From positions 14,322,001 through 14,386,000 of the forward strand of contig CM119385.1 of the NCBI GenBank assembly GCA_051294905.1: a stretch of 64,000 bases of DNA, read 5' to 3'. A model generated the notes under the pieces. The model had not been told where the DNA came from. It made no database searches and saw only the letters and a program-made list of their open reading frames with translations. The stretch's first letter is position 1; every line of letters begins with the position of its first letter. A program made the translations under genes and the position numbers. This DNA comes from Botryllus schlosseri. Taxonomy: Eukaryota. This document shows, piece by piece, positions 17,888 through 30,100 of the stretch.

Positions 17888-18286
17888 GAAATAACCATAA
17901 CGTGTTGAAATTACCAAATATCTCGCGGCACTAGTGAGCGTTGATCGAGTATCCCAAATGCTACCCCAGGTTGGCACAGCACCCCGCTTGAGAACCGTGG
18001 TGACAGACTTGGAACATAGTGTCGTAAAGGACACTATGCTTTGAACCTTGTGTACCATCTAGCGGCCTTAGTTCTGATGTTTTGGGAAATTTCGGCCTCT
18101 TGCGCCAATGTGATAGTTGTGGCACAGAGAAAGAGCCGTAGTAATTTATCTGTGCGGATTGCGGAAAGCAGGGAACAGCAACAGCTGTGTATTGAAAGCG
18201 GGGAGCGACTATTCGAGTTCTGGATAATTTACTGAGCATTTCTCGGGTGACATGATCGAGTTAGTATAGTAGTTCAACGAGACCAA

Positions 18287-19912
18287 ATGGCAGGTGACAA
18301 AAACGATTGCAAAAGAATTGTCGCCGTGACACAGATCATTAGCTCAATGTCTGCTCATTTTAACAATCCAGATATGAGCGATTTGGAGCTGCATGTCGGA
18401 AATAAGACCTACTATGTCCACAAATTTGTGTTAGGAATCATGAGCGATGTCTTACGCACAATGTGCTCAAGAAGATGGGACGGAGACAGAAATGTTTTGA
18501 TGTTGCAAGAATGTGAGGAATGCCTTCCAGTGTTTGAAGACTTTCTTCTGTTCTTCTACAGCGGGAATGTGGAAATCAATTTGTCGACGGCGCTTCCCTT
18601 CTTGATGTTAGCGGATAAATACAATGTGCGGCCTTTGAGGGAAGGTCTAGTGGAATTTATGAAAGTAACTGTCACAGAAGGTAGTATAACTGGAGCATTG
18701 CAGTGGCTAGCTTATGCTCAAGTAAGTGACCACAGTGCTTTGCAAACATCGTGTGTCAACGTTATTGTAACGAAGCTGGATGAAGTTGTTGTATCAGACG
18801 ATTTTCTGGGAACGTCCTTTGACTTTCTAACTGAACTGTTAAAGCGCGACGATTTGGTAGTGCAGTGGGAGAAATCGGTTTATGACGCGTTATTGAGATG
18901 GGTCATGGTTCACGATTTGTCTAGCGATGAAATAATGATATTGATGAAGCTTATTCGGTTTCCTATGATGACACCGGAACAGCTCTACGAAATTGAAACG
19001 TCTGCATTTTTTGACAAATACAAGGATATAATGTCACCGATAATCAACCATGCACATCGGTTCCGCTCCATAGGCACAGAGGTATATGACATGATCACAT
19101 TTTCTCATCCTATATTTCGCCCTCGCAATTACACTCATCGACTATGGTGCCATTTCATGACAGTCGACACTAATGGAGACGCATTCTTCCAAAACTCAAT
19201 CGGCGTGCGGTGCATTAATCATCCCGTTGTCGCCACACCCGAACAGTTTTGGCAGATCAAAATTTTGGGTGAAAAACGATGCTCGCGTAATATCAGTCCA
19301 AACAAACCTGTGATTATCACTCATCCAGCCGGTCATTCTTCAAATTACTCTGCTGTCAAAGCGATACCACTCGTTATGACAATCACACCTCTAAGACCCA
19401 TTAAGCAAGATGTAATCGTCGACGTATCATTATATCAAGTCAAAAGGGATAGGATAACAAAGCATCTGTGCGATACAGCTGTGAAGTTCTCCGCAGATGA
19501 ATATTTAAGTTACAATACGACTCGACGAAAAAATGGCTCTAATCACTATCCTCAAGTCCCCGGTAACGGAGCTGAACCGCCCAAATTCAGCCCCTCGCCA
19601 ATGAACTTCTCGATTATGTTCCACCAAGCGCAATCCTTTGACAAACCGGAGGTATCGTTGCAGTGTGATTTCACGATGCAAGATTTTGATCACCCTGCTG
19701 AGATACCTTGTTTCAAATTGAATGGTCCGGCAAGAATGACCAATTCCATCCGTGTTGCCGTGATATTTAAGCCACGATTTGCAGTGTACGAGCCTCTCGA
19801 TAAACAGGGGGATGAAGGCATATCTGGAACGTCCCCTGTTGAAAAAAGTTGCCACACTAGTCGCCTGGTTAGTGAAATTTCAAGTCTTACTGAAAGTGAC
19901 AACGAAGATTGA
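18287..19912 (+). CDS. Intronless BTB/POZ-BACK domain protein (BTBD17-like architecture), 541 aa
   Basis: Single uninterrupted ORF. BTB start FNNPDMSDLELHVGNKTYYVHKFVLGIMSDVLRTM, then FLLFFYSG...LMLADKYNVRPL. BACK region ...LLKRDDLVVQWEKSVYDALLRWV...IRFPMMTPEQL. C-terminal ~250 aa not recognised. Confidence 0.88.
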   Translation: MAGDKNDCKRIVAVTQIISSMSAHFNNPDMSDLELHVGNKTYYVHKFVLGIMSDVLRTMCSRRWDGDRNVLMLQECEECLPVFEDFLLFFYSGNVEINLSTALPFLMLADKYNVRPLREGLVEFMKVTVTEGSITGALQWLAYAQVSDHSALQTSCVNVIVTKLDEVVVSDDFLGTSFDFLTELLKRDDLVVQWEKSVYDALLRWVMVHDLSSDEIMILMKLIRFPMMTPEQLYEIETSAFFDKYKDIMSPIINHAHRFRSIGTEVYDMITFSHPIFRPRNYTHRLWCHFMTVDTNGDAFFQNSIGVRCINHPVVATPEQFWQIKILGEKRCSRNISPNKPVIITHPAGHSSNYSAVKAIPLVMTITPLRPIKQDVIVDVSLYQVKRDRITKHLCDTAVKFSADEYLSYNTTRRKNGSNHYPQVPGNGAEPPKFSPSPMNFSIMFHQAQSFDKPEVSLQCDFTMQDFDHPAEIPCFKLNGPARMTNSIRVAVIFKPRFAVYEPLDKQGDEGISGTSPVEKSCHTSRLVSEISSLTESDNED

Positions 19913-21182
19913 AGATTTAACGCTGTTCATTGGTGTGATTTACTGGGATTTTTCTGAATTGTCCTAACTCCACATCAAGATGATGCAAGTTGCGCCCACT
20001 AAACATAGAATTTCTTTGATCTAACATCGATCCTTTTCGCTTAAGTTCCAATCAACAAATTTTAATATATTGGGGACTGTGCTATATTCATTTTTAAATG
20101 TACATAATTGTTTAAAATAGAGCCTCTATATCCTAATATATTCTTGTGTTTGGATAGTACATCCTAACTTTTGCACATTATAACCAAATCTATTCGGTGA
20201 ATCTCTTTTGTATTGTGTCAGCCTGAATTGTTTGTCACCTGTGCACGCAATATCCCAACTTGGTTATATAATAACGTTGGGTGTCTCAGTTTTTAGCTCA
20301 GTTCAATAGCGACTTTTTTATAGGAGTCATGATGAAGTGCGTAGCATCTCTGTAGACTGGGTTTGATTCCACTCCAACGTAATTAATTTTACCTGTTGCA
20401 CGTAGCACGTCGCCCTGTGTGTGTCTTGAAACAAACTTGCTAAGTTCCATGTGGAAGATGTCTACTTGAAATAGTAAGTCGGAGCATGATTTTGGGAATG
20501 AAGACTTTGCCATTTATTGGTTAACTTGTTAGCCTACCCGCTGTTAAATAAAGACGGTATATTTTCCACTCACTAAACATCAATACGGTAGGCGTGTTTG
20601 TGTTGATTTGTTTCATTTGCACACCTATTTCTCTTGCATTTCCAATCACCTGAAAAGCATACTATTTGCATGTATAATATATTCACTGCTTATCTGCCTT
20701 ACCATAATTACCAATTGATGTTAATTTGTCATTGTGATCTTGGCGTTATATGCTAGGACTGGCGTTCTCAAATTGGCACATGGCCCAATTTTTCGTGAAA
20801 GGTACTGGGTGTTGATGACTGCTACACGTTTCACTAGAGGTCGCACACTGTGGCATGTCAGTGATGACACTAATACAGTAGCAAACCACCATATTTCTTG
20901 GCATTATTGACCTGTTCTATTGATTTTGTTTAAACTGTTATGAGTTACAAAAATCATAATGTTGCATAAGAGTTTTACTGAAAATACGGTAGGCCTAATT
21001 AGCTATCACACCCCAGTCTCCTTATGATGGCAGTTGTATTTTTAGTCAGTGTACTTGGTCCAAATTGTAGGAATTGTTTGGATGCCTGGCATTGATGATT
21101 TTCACTTGACAATATATTCCTTTAGCACTGTTTAGGAAATGTCCTAGTTCATCGTTAGATCTCTATCATACTCGTTGCCGTT

Positions 21183-24100
21183 ATGGATATCACGGATCGT
21201 AAATTGCCTGGCGAGAAAAAGAAGCGTAAGAAGAAGGCGACTTTGCGCTTTGAGCTGGATCTACCAGACTCTACTGATACGTCTTGCCCGGAATATTCTT
21301 ACATCGACCTGGTACGACAGACTTTGAAGGTGAGGTATTATATTGGCGATCTTGTCAATTTGGTATTGATGGCAGCTACCGTATTTGACTAATTTGTATC
21401 TAATCTACCACTACCACTGGTCCACTGTAACAATTATGTTGAGTATGGTGTTATAAAATAAACTGTTTCTGATAGGATCCGTAACTTTGCTTGATCTGGT
21501 GCCTGGAAACCAGGGGATTGATCTGACTTGCAATTTTCTATCATAATATAGTAGGCTATCCTTTTAGCTACTTCCGTTATTGTTGGTTATTATGCTGTCC
21601 ACTTGTGCATTTCAATTCGATAATGTGTCATTGTCCAAATCTGGTACTGTAATAAAGATTCTTGAAGCGTCAGATTGTTCCCACTCAATTGTACCTTCTT
21701 TTCAATGTGAAGCTTGTTGTTTGGCACTGATGTGTATTATAGAGACTGGGGGTTCATGAGAGGTACAGCTATTGATGTGAGGGAAATTTCCGTCATGTCT
21801 GTTTAATGGTAATCAATGGACAATGTCATTACCTTGGAAATTAGAGGCATAGGCACCTAAATCCTCGGGATTGCAATCATTTTTGTTTTGGACTTGGATT
21901 TGTTCACCTTTTCAGGTATCTGAATGTTGCATATCCTGGTTCACATGGTGATCTCGAATCTAAGGTTTCTGATGATGCAATTATAGGCTACCATTTTCCA
22001 TTTTGGTCGTCTAGTAAATTCGTGACTTATTTCTGTATGGTCGCCGCATAGTAAGTGTTTTCAGAACATTCTCAGTAGTCTATCTCATGCATTATTCATT
22101 TCCTCCAAGACGCTCACCTCAATTGACCATGGGCGACAGTCTAGCCACGATTTGGCTATTCAAATTCGGACTGCGATTTGACATGTATTTTTTCGCGATG
22201 CGTACAGGAGCGAGAATCCAAAGGGCAAAATGACACGTTATGTCAGAATATGCTGGAAGAGGAGGAAGAACGCGAGCGTGACGAAGCAAAGGCAATCGCA
22301 CAATACTTTGAAATCAAGTACGGTGCCACGGCAGCCGGGCAAAAGCGGAAACGCAAAGACACAGTTCGGGATCTTGTCGGAGCGGGGTACGGATACGATG
22401 AAAATGATCCTTTCGTCGACGACTCGGAAGCCGTGAGTTATTTCCCGTATTTGGTCTTGCTATCGTGTCTATTGACTGCGTCAGTAAATTGCATCTTTGA
22501 TTTATCGTAATTGATCCTGCGTCTTTTTTCGTTGCAGTGAATTTGACTTTTACATCAAAAGATGCTTCTCGAGTAGTTAGTTTTTTTGAATTTTTATCTG
22601 GTGAATGTTCGCTACGATTGAATAACTGCATGTGCCAACAGTTGGCGAATGACACGGTACTGTATATTGAAAGTTTTCTGTAGGGGCACTTAAACATGCC
22701 ATATAGAAAGCATCTTTGTGAAAGGTGTTGATTGTGGGAAGTTTTCATAATTCTATGGGCCTCTATGTTCCATCGCTTATCAATTGACTGATTCACTATT
22801 GTAGTGTTCTATTATATCCATTTTATTGCCTTTACTTACGACATCTCTGTTGCGTGAACAACAAATAACAATGACCCTTGATAGTCCATGGCAGTCCAAA
22901 CTTGGAGGTGCTGAAGGTTTTTATGGTTGAAGACCTGTTATATATTTTTTCCAATATATTATGAGGTCATGTGAACAATACAATGTGATAGGTGCGGGCT
23001 TCTGCCCTTGTGTTTGTGCGTATCTTGAACAATGATAACCACTCAAAATTTGAGCTTGACTAAATATAAGGCCTGGCCGACTATTTTTGCTTGAGCGTAG
23101 GCACTAGGCTACATCATTTTTAGGTTGTCAAGTGCATATCATTCATCTCACTGATCTAGGACCGGTGTAATACCGGATGTGAAAAGCTGGAAGTTCATTT
23201 TAGATGAGTGGGACTAATGAAACGTATAATTATGTGAGATGCATTGGTAGCAGCTGCGACTGCGATGATTGTAGCATCAAGAGATGGGCTAAATGAAGCT
23301 CCTGTTTCCTTTCTTGTAGTAATTTACTATTAGATTTGTCTTTTTATATTGTTACACTGTTTTTGTCTTGTTCTGTTGCAACTCCAGTTTTTACTGGATT
23401 TTTTTGTTACAGTACGACGAAATTGTACCTGCTTCTATGACCACACAACATGGTGGTTTTTACATCAATAAGGGGAAATTGAATTTTCGAGCCGTATCTG
23501 ATGATTCCGATACAGGTAACAGTTGTACTGATTTGTATTTCCGAAAGGATGATCTGTTTCACTTAGATTAGAGGTAATCCTGGTAACGAGTTCTAGGCCT
23601 GCCATTCGTTGCCATGAGAGCAGCCATTGAAAACTATATTTGGATTTTGTATGTATGAATGAAAATAATCAAGTCCCGTCCGGGTTATGTTGACTTTTAC
23701 AATTTCTGTTCGACTAAATCTATGTACGAATTTTTCAACTAACTGGGACATAGAAATAGTGCAGTGTTGCCAGTTTACTAGAATACTTGCTACTTGGTAG
23801 TTTTAGTGAGCATCTGAGCAAAATTGCATCAGACTTTTTGATCCCATCAAGTAGTTTCAGTTTGAAATTTGTTTTTCCTTTTTCGTAGATCTTAATTCAG
23901 TGATCTTGATTCTCGTTGTGTTGCAACGTTGGCGTTGGCTGGATTGGAGTGATAAGAACAGTGCATTTTCATGTCGTATCTATTTCATGACGTGCTAGCT
24001 AGATGAATCAATTGAAATGCCCTCGGGATGATATGTGTTCCACCTTGTGTGTCTGACCAAGGTCTGTGTGAACACTGTGTAGTCGGATTTGGATTTATAG

Positions 24101-27100
24101 ACAACAAACATACATGATTCAGACTGAATGTCGCTCCTGCTCCTCAGCCCTCACACTTTAGACATCTCTCTTCTCCAACGCTCAGGCTCAGACAATCAGT
24201 ATTGGTATGGCATTGTCACTCTGCATAGGTTATTTCTTCTTCTTTCCAGTTTGCTCTGTTTGCTAAATGTTTATTTGCTGATATATGACCTCTATGTGCA
24301 TTATTTCAGGGGGCGCGTTATCGGACGATAGCATTCCTCTCTCGCAGCACGTTGCGAAGAAAAAAAAGAGACGTATTTTATTCGAATCTGACGAGAGTGG
24401 AAATGAATTCAAAAATAGCGACAGGGTCATGAAAAAGAAAGGGGTATTTCACCTTTTTGATGTTTTATCTTTGCAACAGTCCAACCAATATTTGTACATG
24501 AAAGCCACTCACCTTGTCATCTTAGTGGGTCCTGGCTTACCCAATGTCTCATTCTACAATTAAGTCTGTGGCAGGTTACAGTGTTTGAATTGTATGCATT
24601 CGGAGGCTGATTTTCAATACAGAGCACATAAAATTGAGTACACTTGCACAAGTTGGTATTTACGAGGTCATATCACCACCACCTATGTCATTTTATGATT
24701 CCTGTGAGAGAGAATATGAAGCATTCTTATAGGGTTGAGTTCATGCACATGAACGAGATTGCAATGTTGAATGTTGGTTTTGTTTTTATTGCACTTGAAA
24801 ACACATCGCGTGATTAGAAGGTAACCTTTTTATTGATGGCCCTGTGTTGGAAACGAATTTCACAAGATGGGACTTTGTGATAAGTGTTTTTACATCTTCA
24901 TTGTTGAGTCTTTACACTCCTACCAGAAACTGAAGTCTGTCAAGGACCCATCGATGAAAAAAATCAAAGTCTCTCTAAATGGGAAGGAAAAAGTACCTGG
25001 ATTGAAACAGAGGTATTTTCATTCGGCGGATCAGCCTGTAATTTTTCATTGCAGCGATTGGCATAGCACTTGTTTTGATAATGAATGGTAATGGTCCGTG
25101 TCGTCTACTTCAGACCCAAAAAAATGAAGAAGTCCACTTCGTTAGCTCAGAAGCTCGTCGCAAAGGCGAAAGCTCAACAAATGATGAACGCTTCCGGTAA
25201 TGTAATCCGTTCGCAAGAAATAGAATTCTGAGTACGGACGCTCTTATGGCGTTTTCTTTTAGGTCACTCTACAAACGGCGCTCAAGAACTGCGAAAATCG
25301 TTGTCGGAAACTGACGGCTTGACTTTTAAAGCGAAGACGAGCGAGGTACCTTCATATTTTCCCGTTTTTGGACCATTCTTAATTATTCCTGTTAGCTACA
25401 CACTACACTACCATATTTTGTCTTCCTAAAATCGCTTTTGCTGTAAATGCAATGAGTATTGCTAATCCACATCATAGTTTGGGATTACATCCTCCTATCT
25501 GTCATAGTTCAATTAGGGACGAAATGATGCCTTGATCCAGATTTACCTAAAAACCGAGGTGGTGGTATTGATAATTCACGGTTGTCATTTTATGAAGTTG
25601 GGAACATCATTTACAGAAGGGTCATTGAACCGATTGTGACTACTGCCACTGTGTTTAGCTTTAGAGTTTTGTGACATTATTGTGTTGTTAGGCTAATTCA
25701 TCTAATGATACACGAACAGCTTGGCTGTAAATGTATTATTCCGACTTCCAGCTTAGTCGTCTCGGTACCGGGGATCTCTCACAAGTTGCCAAACAAGCTA
25801 CGCAGGCTCTCATGAGTGGCGGGACCACTAAAAATGGACCTATGTCAGGTAATATACTTCTGGGGATCTCTGTAATTGATTGTGTGCAATTCGTTAAATC
25901 AATTGGACTGTATGCGATTGACTAATTGGATTGTATGTGGCGATATTTCAGTTTCCACTGATCAAAACGGAATCGCCAACACTTCCACGTCTTCGAGTAA
26001 AGTCATCAATCACGAGCTTCCGCCAAATCTACCTCAAATGCTCGGAGACAAGATCGACTCGTTGAAGAAGGTAATCGGCCGGGAGTTGTGTTTTACTAAC
26101 TATGCTGTAGCGAGTTTGGCGGTGGTCTGAGTAAGTTTGCTATGAAAATGAGCTTTGACGTCAGTAGGACCATTGAAACAAATTCAAGTCAAGTTGTTAT
26201 GTAAAACTTGAGCTCAAAATATGACTGAATGCTTCCGGGTCACGGCTTGTTCATATAATCTTATGTTGTAAATTGCATCGCAAGACGGTGGCTGACGCGT
26301 GTACTGGGAAGCTTACACACGCAATAACACCCAGGTGTATTTTTGTTACCTGTTCTTTGACGCTACTAAATATATTGATGGAATAAGGCTCATGCCTCTA
26401 CTCTCTCTTAGTTGCTCTCCTAACGGAAAGGACTCCACTCCGGGTAATTTTATTTGATCAGCTTTTACTCCTGCTGACCTAAATTGGTCAAAGTCATCAC
26501 TGTAGTGTAAAGGTAACATTTATACTTGATTACAGCTAGAAGTAGCTATTCTGAGACATGTAAAACTACTCCAAATGATAGTATGAAGATGAGAAAAATA
26601 CTGTAGCAGTTTCAAAAAAGTGGGTGTTGTGGAGGAGCTGCATTAGTGGTTAATCGGAGGCGACTTCTTTCAGAATCGCAAGACGCATCTTTGCGATTGA
26701 CGCGAAACGACTGAAACACTGGAGATAGGTGCGATTTTTGAAATACGTAACAGTCACCTTACCACAATACAAGGGATATGTCGCCCGGTTTTTACAGCGA
26801 ATTCACTTGTAAAAGAGAAATAAACTTATCCCAAAACTGATTTCTAATTCTAATTCGAAAAGTGTAAAAACTGAGTAGCTTTGCCTAAATTAACGTGTAG
26901 AAGTAGAAGCATGACTGGTCTAAAAATATCAAGACTTTAGTAACTAGGCAAAACCTACTTATATGCTCTGGTAAAGTAGAAGCACTTCGTTGTAGACCCC
27001 GTCCACACGTGACACACTCCTATTGGGGACACGGTTCCTACGCTGTCTACTTTATTACGACTCGTCCCGTCTGACCGCTTTAAAATATTCTCCGACATTT

Positions 27101-30100
27101 CCATTTGTCGTTAACGTCCTCTCGAATGGCCTTGCGTTTTTCCGTCGCAGATCGCGCAGTCCAGCGAAGTCTCGGGCAAGATGAAGTTCTTTTCAAGTGA
27201 CGTCAACAAGATCCTGCTGGGGATCGACGAATCGGCGCTGGGCCTCCCGAAAGGGCAGAGGCAGGGCATGTATCAGCACCTTGCGCAACATCTTCCGTGC
27301 TCGAAGGATACCCTGTTGAAGAGGGTGAAAAAGTTGCAGGAAGACGACAGCGTGAGTGTCTCATGCCGTCTAGCGTGAAGTTGAAGATATTGCTAGATAT
27401 TGCTTGTTGGTATTACAAAGTATGGAAGCCGAGTACCTTTTAAATTGCAAATTTCGGCAATTGACTCGTCAAACAGGAAATTTGTCGATAAATTACCAAG
27501 CACTTCAAGAGTGATTTATTTACATATACTTATTCTTCGGGCGATTTTTCTTTTACATGTCAAAATTTTGTCGAAATTGTTTACTACCGGTGCCAGAAAT
27601 GAAGATAAGTGGTACAATTTTAACATTATGTGCGAAAACACCTAATTTGCATAAGTGAGGTAAAAATTTTGATTTTTAGCTCAAAATCTTCCGTTTTTAG
27701 GTCAAAATAAAATCGCCCTACTTCAGCTACTATATGGAGGTACAGAACTCCAACATACAATTTGAGAATATATTCATATTGAAATAAACCCGTGTATATT
27801 TGGTCGACTCTGGTCAGGGGTAATCGTCAGCAACTAGTACCGGTAGCGATCTCTTCGCCTCTATTATTCGAAATTTTATGCCCGTGATGTCATATTGTCA
27901 TATTTGGGGACACCATTGTTGACATACAATGCTCTTTCCAAATCTCTACTAGTTGCAGACGATTACCCCTGACGAGTGTCAGCCAAATATAGTGGGGTTT
28001 AACGCAATATGAATAAATGATTCACTTGTATATATAGTGTTAGTACCGCTGGCTAGCATCCGCTCTTGGACTAGCTAGACTGAGCTACTATTTTTGATGT
28101 GAAACAAATGCACTCCATTTATCATGTGACAAGAGTATGAATTTTGTTTCTGGCACATGTACTCGGAATCCGAGCAAACATTATCAAATAACGTTAACAA
28201 AATTTCATGCAGTTGAGTGGTCATACGCCGCAAATTGCCGGCCTGTGATGATGTGAGATCCTACTCGAATAGACTGTTGGTGCTGCTTGAATAAAAAAAT
28301 TGAGAAACTGTCTAGCTCTAGACACTATGTGGTTTGAGCAGCAAGGCTGTACTTTTAAAGATCATTTACGTTAGCTTTGGTGAAGCAATAATTCGGATTA
28401 CCTTTTCAGGACCAACAGTTAAAAGGGCCGATTAGCAAGCTGAAAGACGCCGTCGACTCGGTGATGGTGTCCCAGATCAACGCCTACCTTTTGGAGTGCG
28501 ACTCCAGCAAGTAAGTACTTGGTGATTCAATTGTGAATGTATCTGTGACTGACTGCTAATCCAAAGTACTGCTTTCCGTTTGCGCGTCTTGTTATAGACG
28601 TTAAACACTGGTTTCTCAGCAAAATAGAATATAGCCTAGCTATAATCCTTACTATAGGCATCTCAATGATATTTGATCATGCACTCGACAGGTCGGAAAA
28701 GTTTCCGGAGAAAATGGCGGCTTCTACAGACGAAGACGACGAAGGGGAGGAGAAGAGCGCGGAAACGTCAGGAGAGAAGAAACGAAGTTATGCGCCGAGA
28801 AGAAAATTCAAATGGGACGATAACGCGAGGTTCGCAACCGTACAGATCTCTCCTACCATAGTCCCGTAGTTAGAATATCTACTATTCGTAAGTATTGCGG
28901 ACGCCCACCATCAAATTGAATGATTCGCAACCAAATCGAACTGGAATTGCGGGTACTTTGTATTATTTCAATGGATAACTGTCTGGTGCCGATCGACTAC
29001 AGGCTTTAAGATCCCTCGTAACTCGAAGGGACGGTGCATGCAAGCGTATACTGTACACAATATGCGCGTGTTTGCTACTGTGTTATGCACGCTCATTCAT
29101 TGCTAGTGTTACTTGAAGCGATTCTGGCATGGAAGTCGGAGTCCAGTTTGAGTGTGTGTACACGCCGCACACAGTATAGTCAAACTTTCTTTTGTTTTCA
29201 GACAATTGCTGTGTGACGTGGTTACGATCAAAGTGAATTATTATGAAAAATACAAGCCCAGATTCAAGCAAGCCGCCGACGAATACTTGAAAGTGAGACG
29301 CCAAGCTTTCTGAAACTAAATCATAGCTCGGATATGTAACAGTGTAGCCATCAGTCAGATAGGTTCACTAGCTGTGTTTGTATAGGCCTATCGACCTGTG
29401 TCTCCTTACTGCTGGGGTCACCGACACGCGGCCCGCGACGTCATATTTTACGACCCCGCGATCTGATTTGAGATTTTGGAAGAACGCTAAGTAATGCATT
29501 TTGAAATGTTGAAATTGATTTCAGTTTCAAAATGTTGTTGTTTCAAAATAAGCTATTCGCTTGTGCCCAGTATCAATGTTCCTCGCTGGCTGAAACGGCG
29601 TCGGCGATGGCAACAGCATTTCGCTGAGGGAGAATCAGCTGGTGTGAATGGGCGTATCGCGTTGACGTACAATGGCCCATACACTGCCAAGACCGAGACG
29701 CTTTGACAACGGCTTAGTGCTTCCCCACGAGATCAAACTTTGGAAGGAGATAATCTTTCAGCTAGCCCCAATATCGATTCCTTAGTCTCTGAAAAGCGAT
29801 GTCGATGTCAGTTCATAGTTAGAAGTAAAATTTAATTGATGACTGTGATATTTCTTGTTCTATTTGTATTTCTTTAATATACTATTACTTCTTTTGTGGT
29901 AACTATGGCCGTCACCCATGTAAGAGACCATACCGTTGTACTGACAAAGTTCTAAAAAACGTGATTTCGAAACTGTGTGGCCTATTTTGTCTCGATAGAG
30001 CATTCTTGCAGCCCGTGGCCTCCCCGAAATTTGAAAAATGGCTCGTTTCAGTTGACGATCCCCGCCTTCAGCATGTTGCCGCGCACGCTGTCATCATTAT

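Noticed and set aside
17302-18239. ORFs over gactcga-rich sequence, and a CRISPR-like reading of the repeats
   Set aside because: These are subterminal repeats of a TSD-flanked MITE, with irregular spacing, no unique spacers and a eukaryotic context.
19505-19902. Antisense ORFs overlapping the BTB gene (similar ones overlap SMAD, UBN and FBXW7 exons)
   Set aside because: Shadow frames of GC-richer coding exons.
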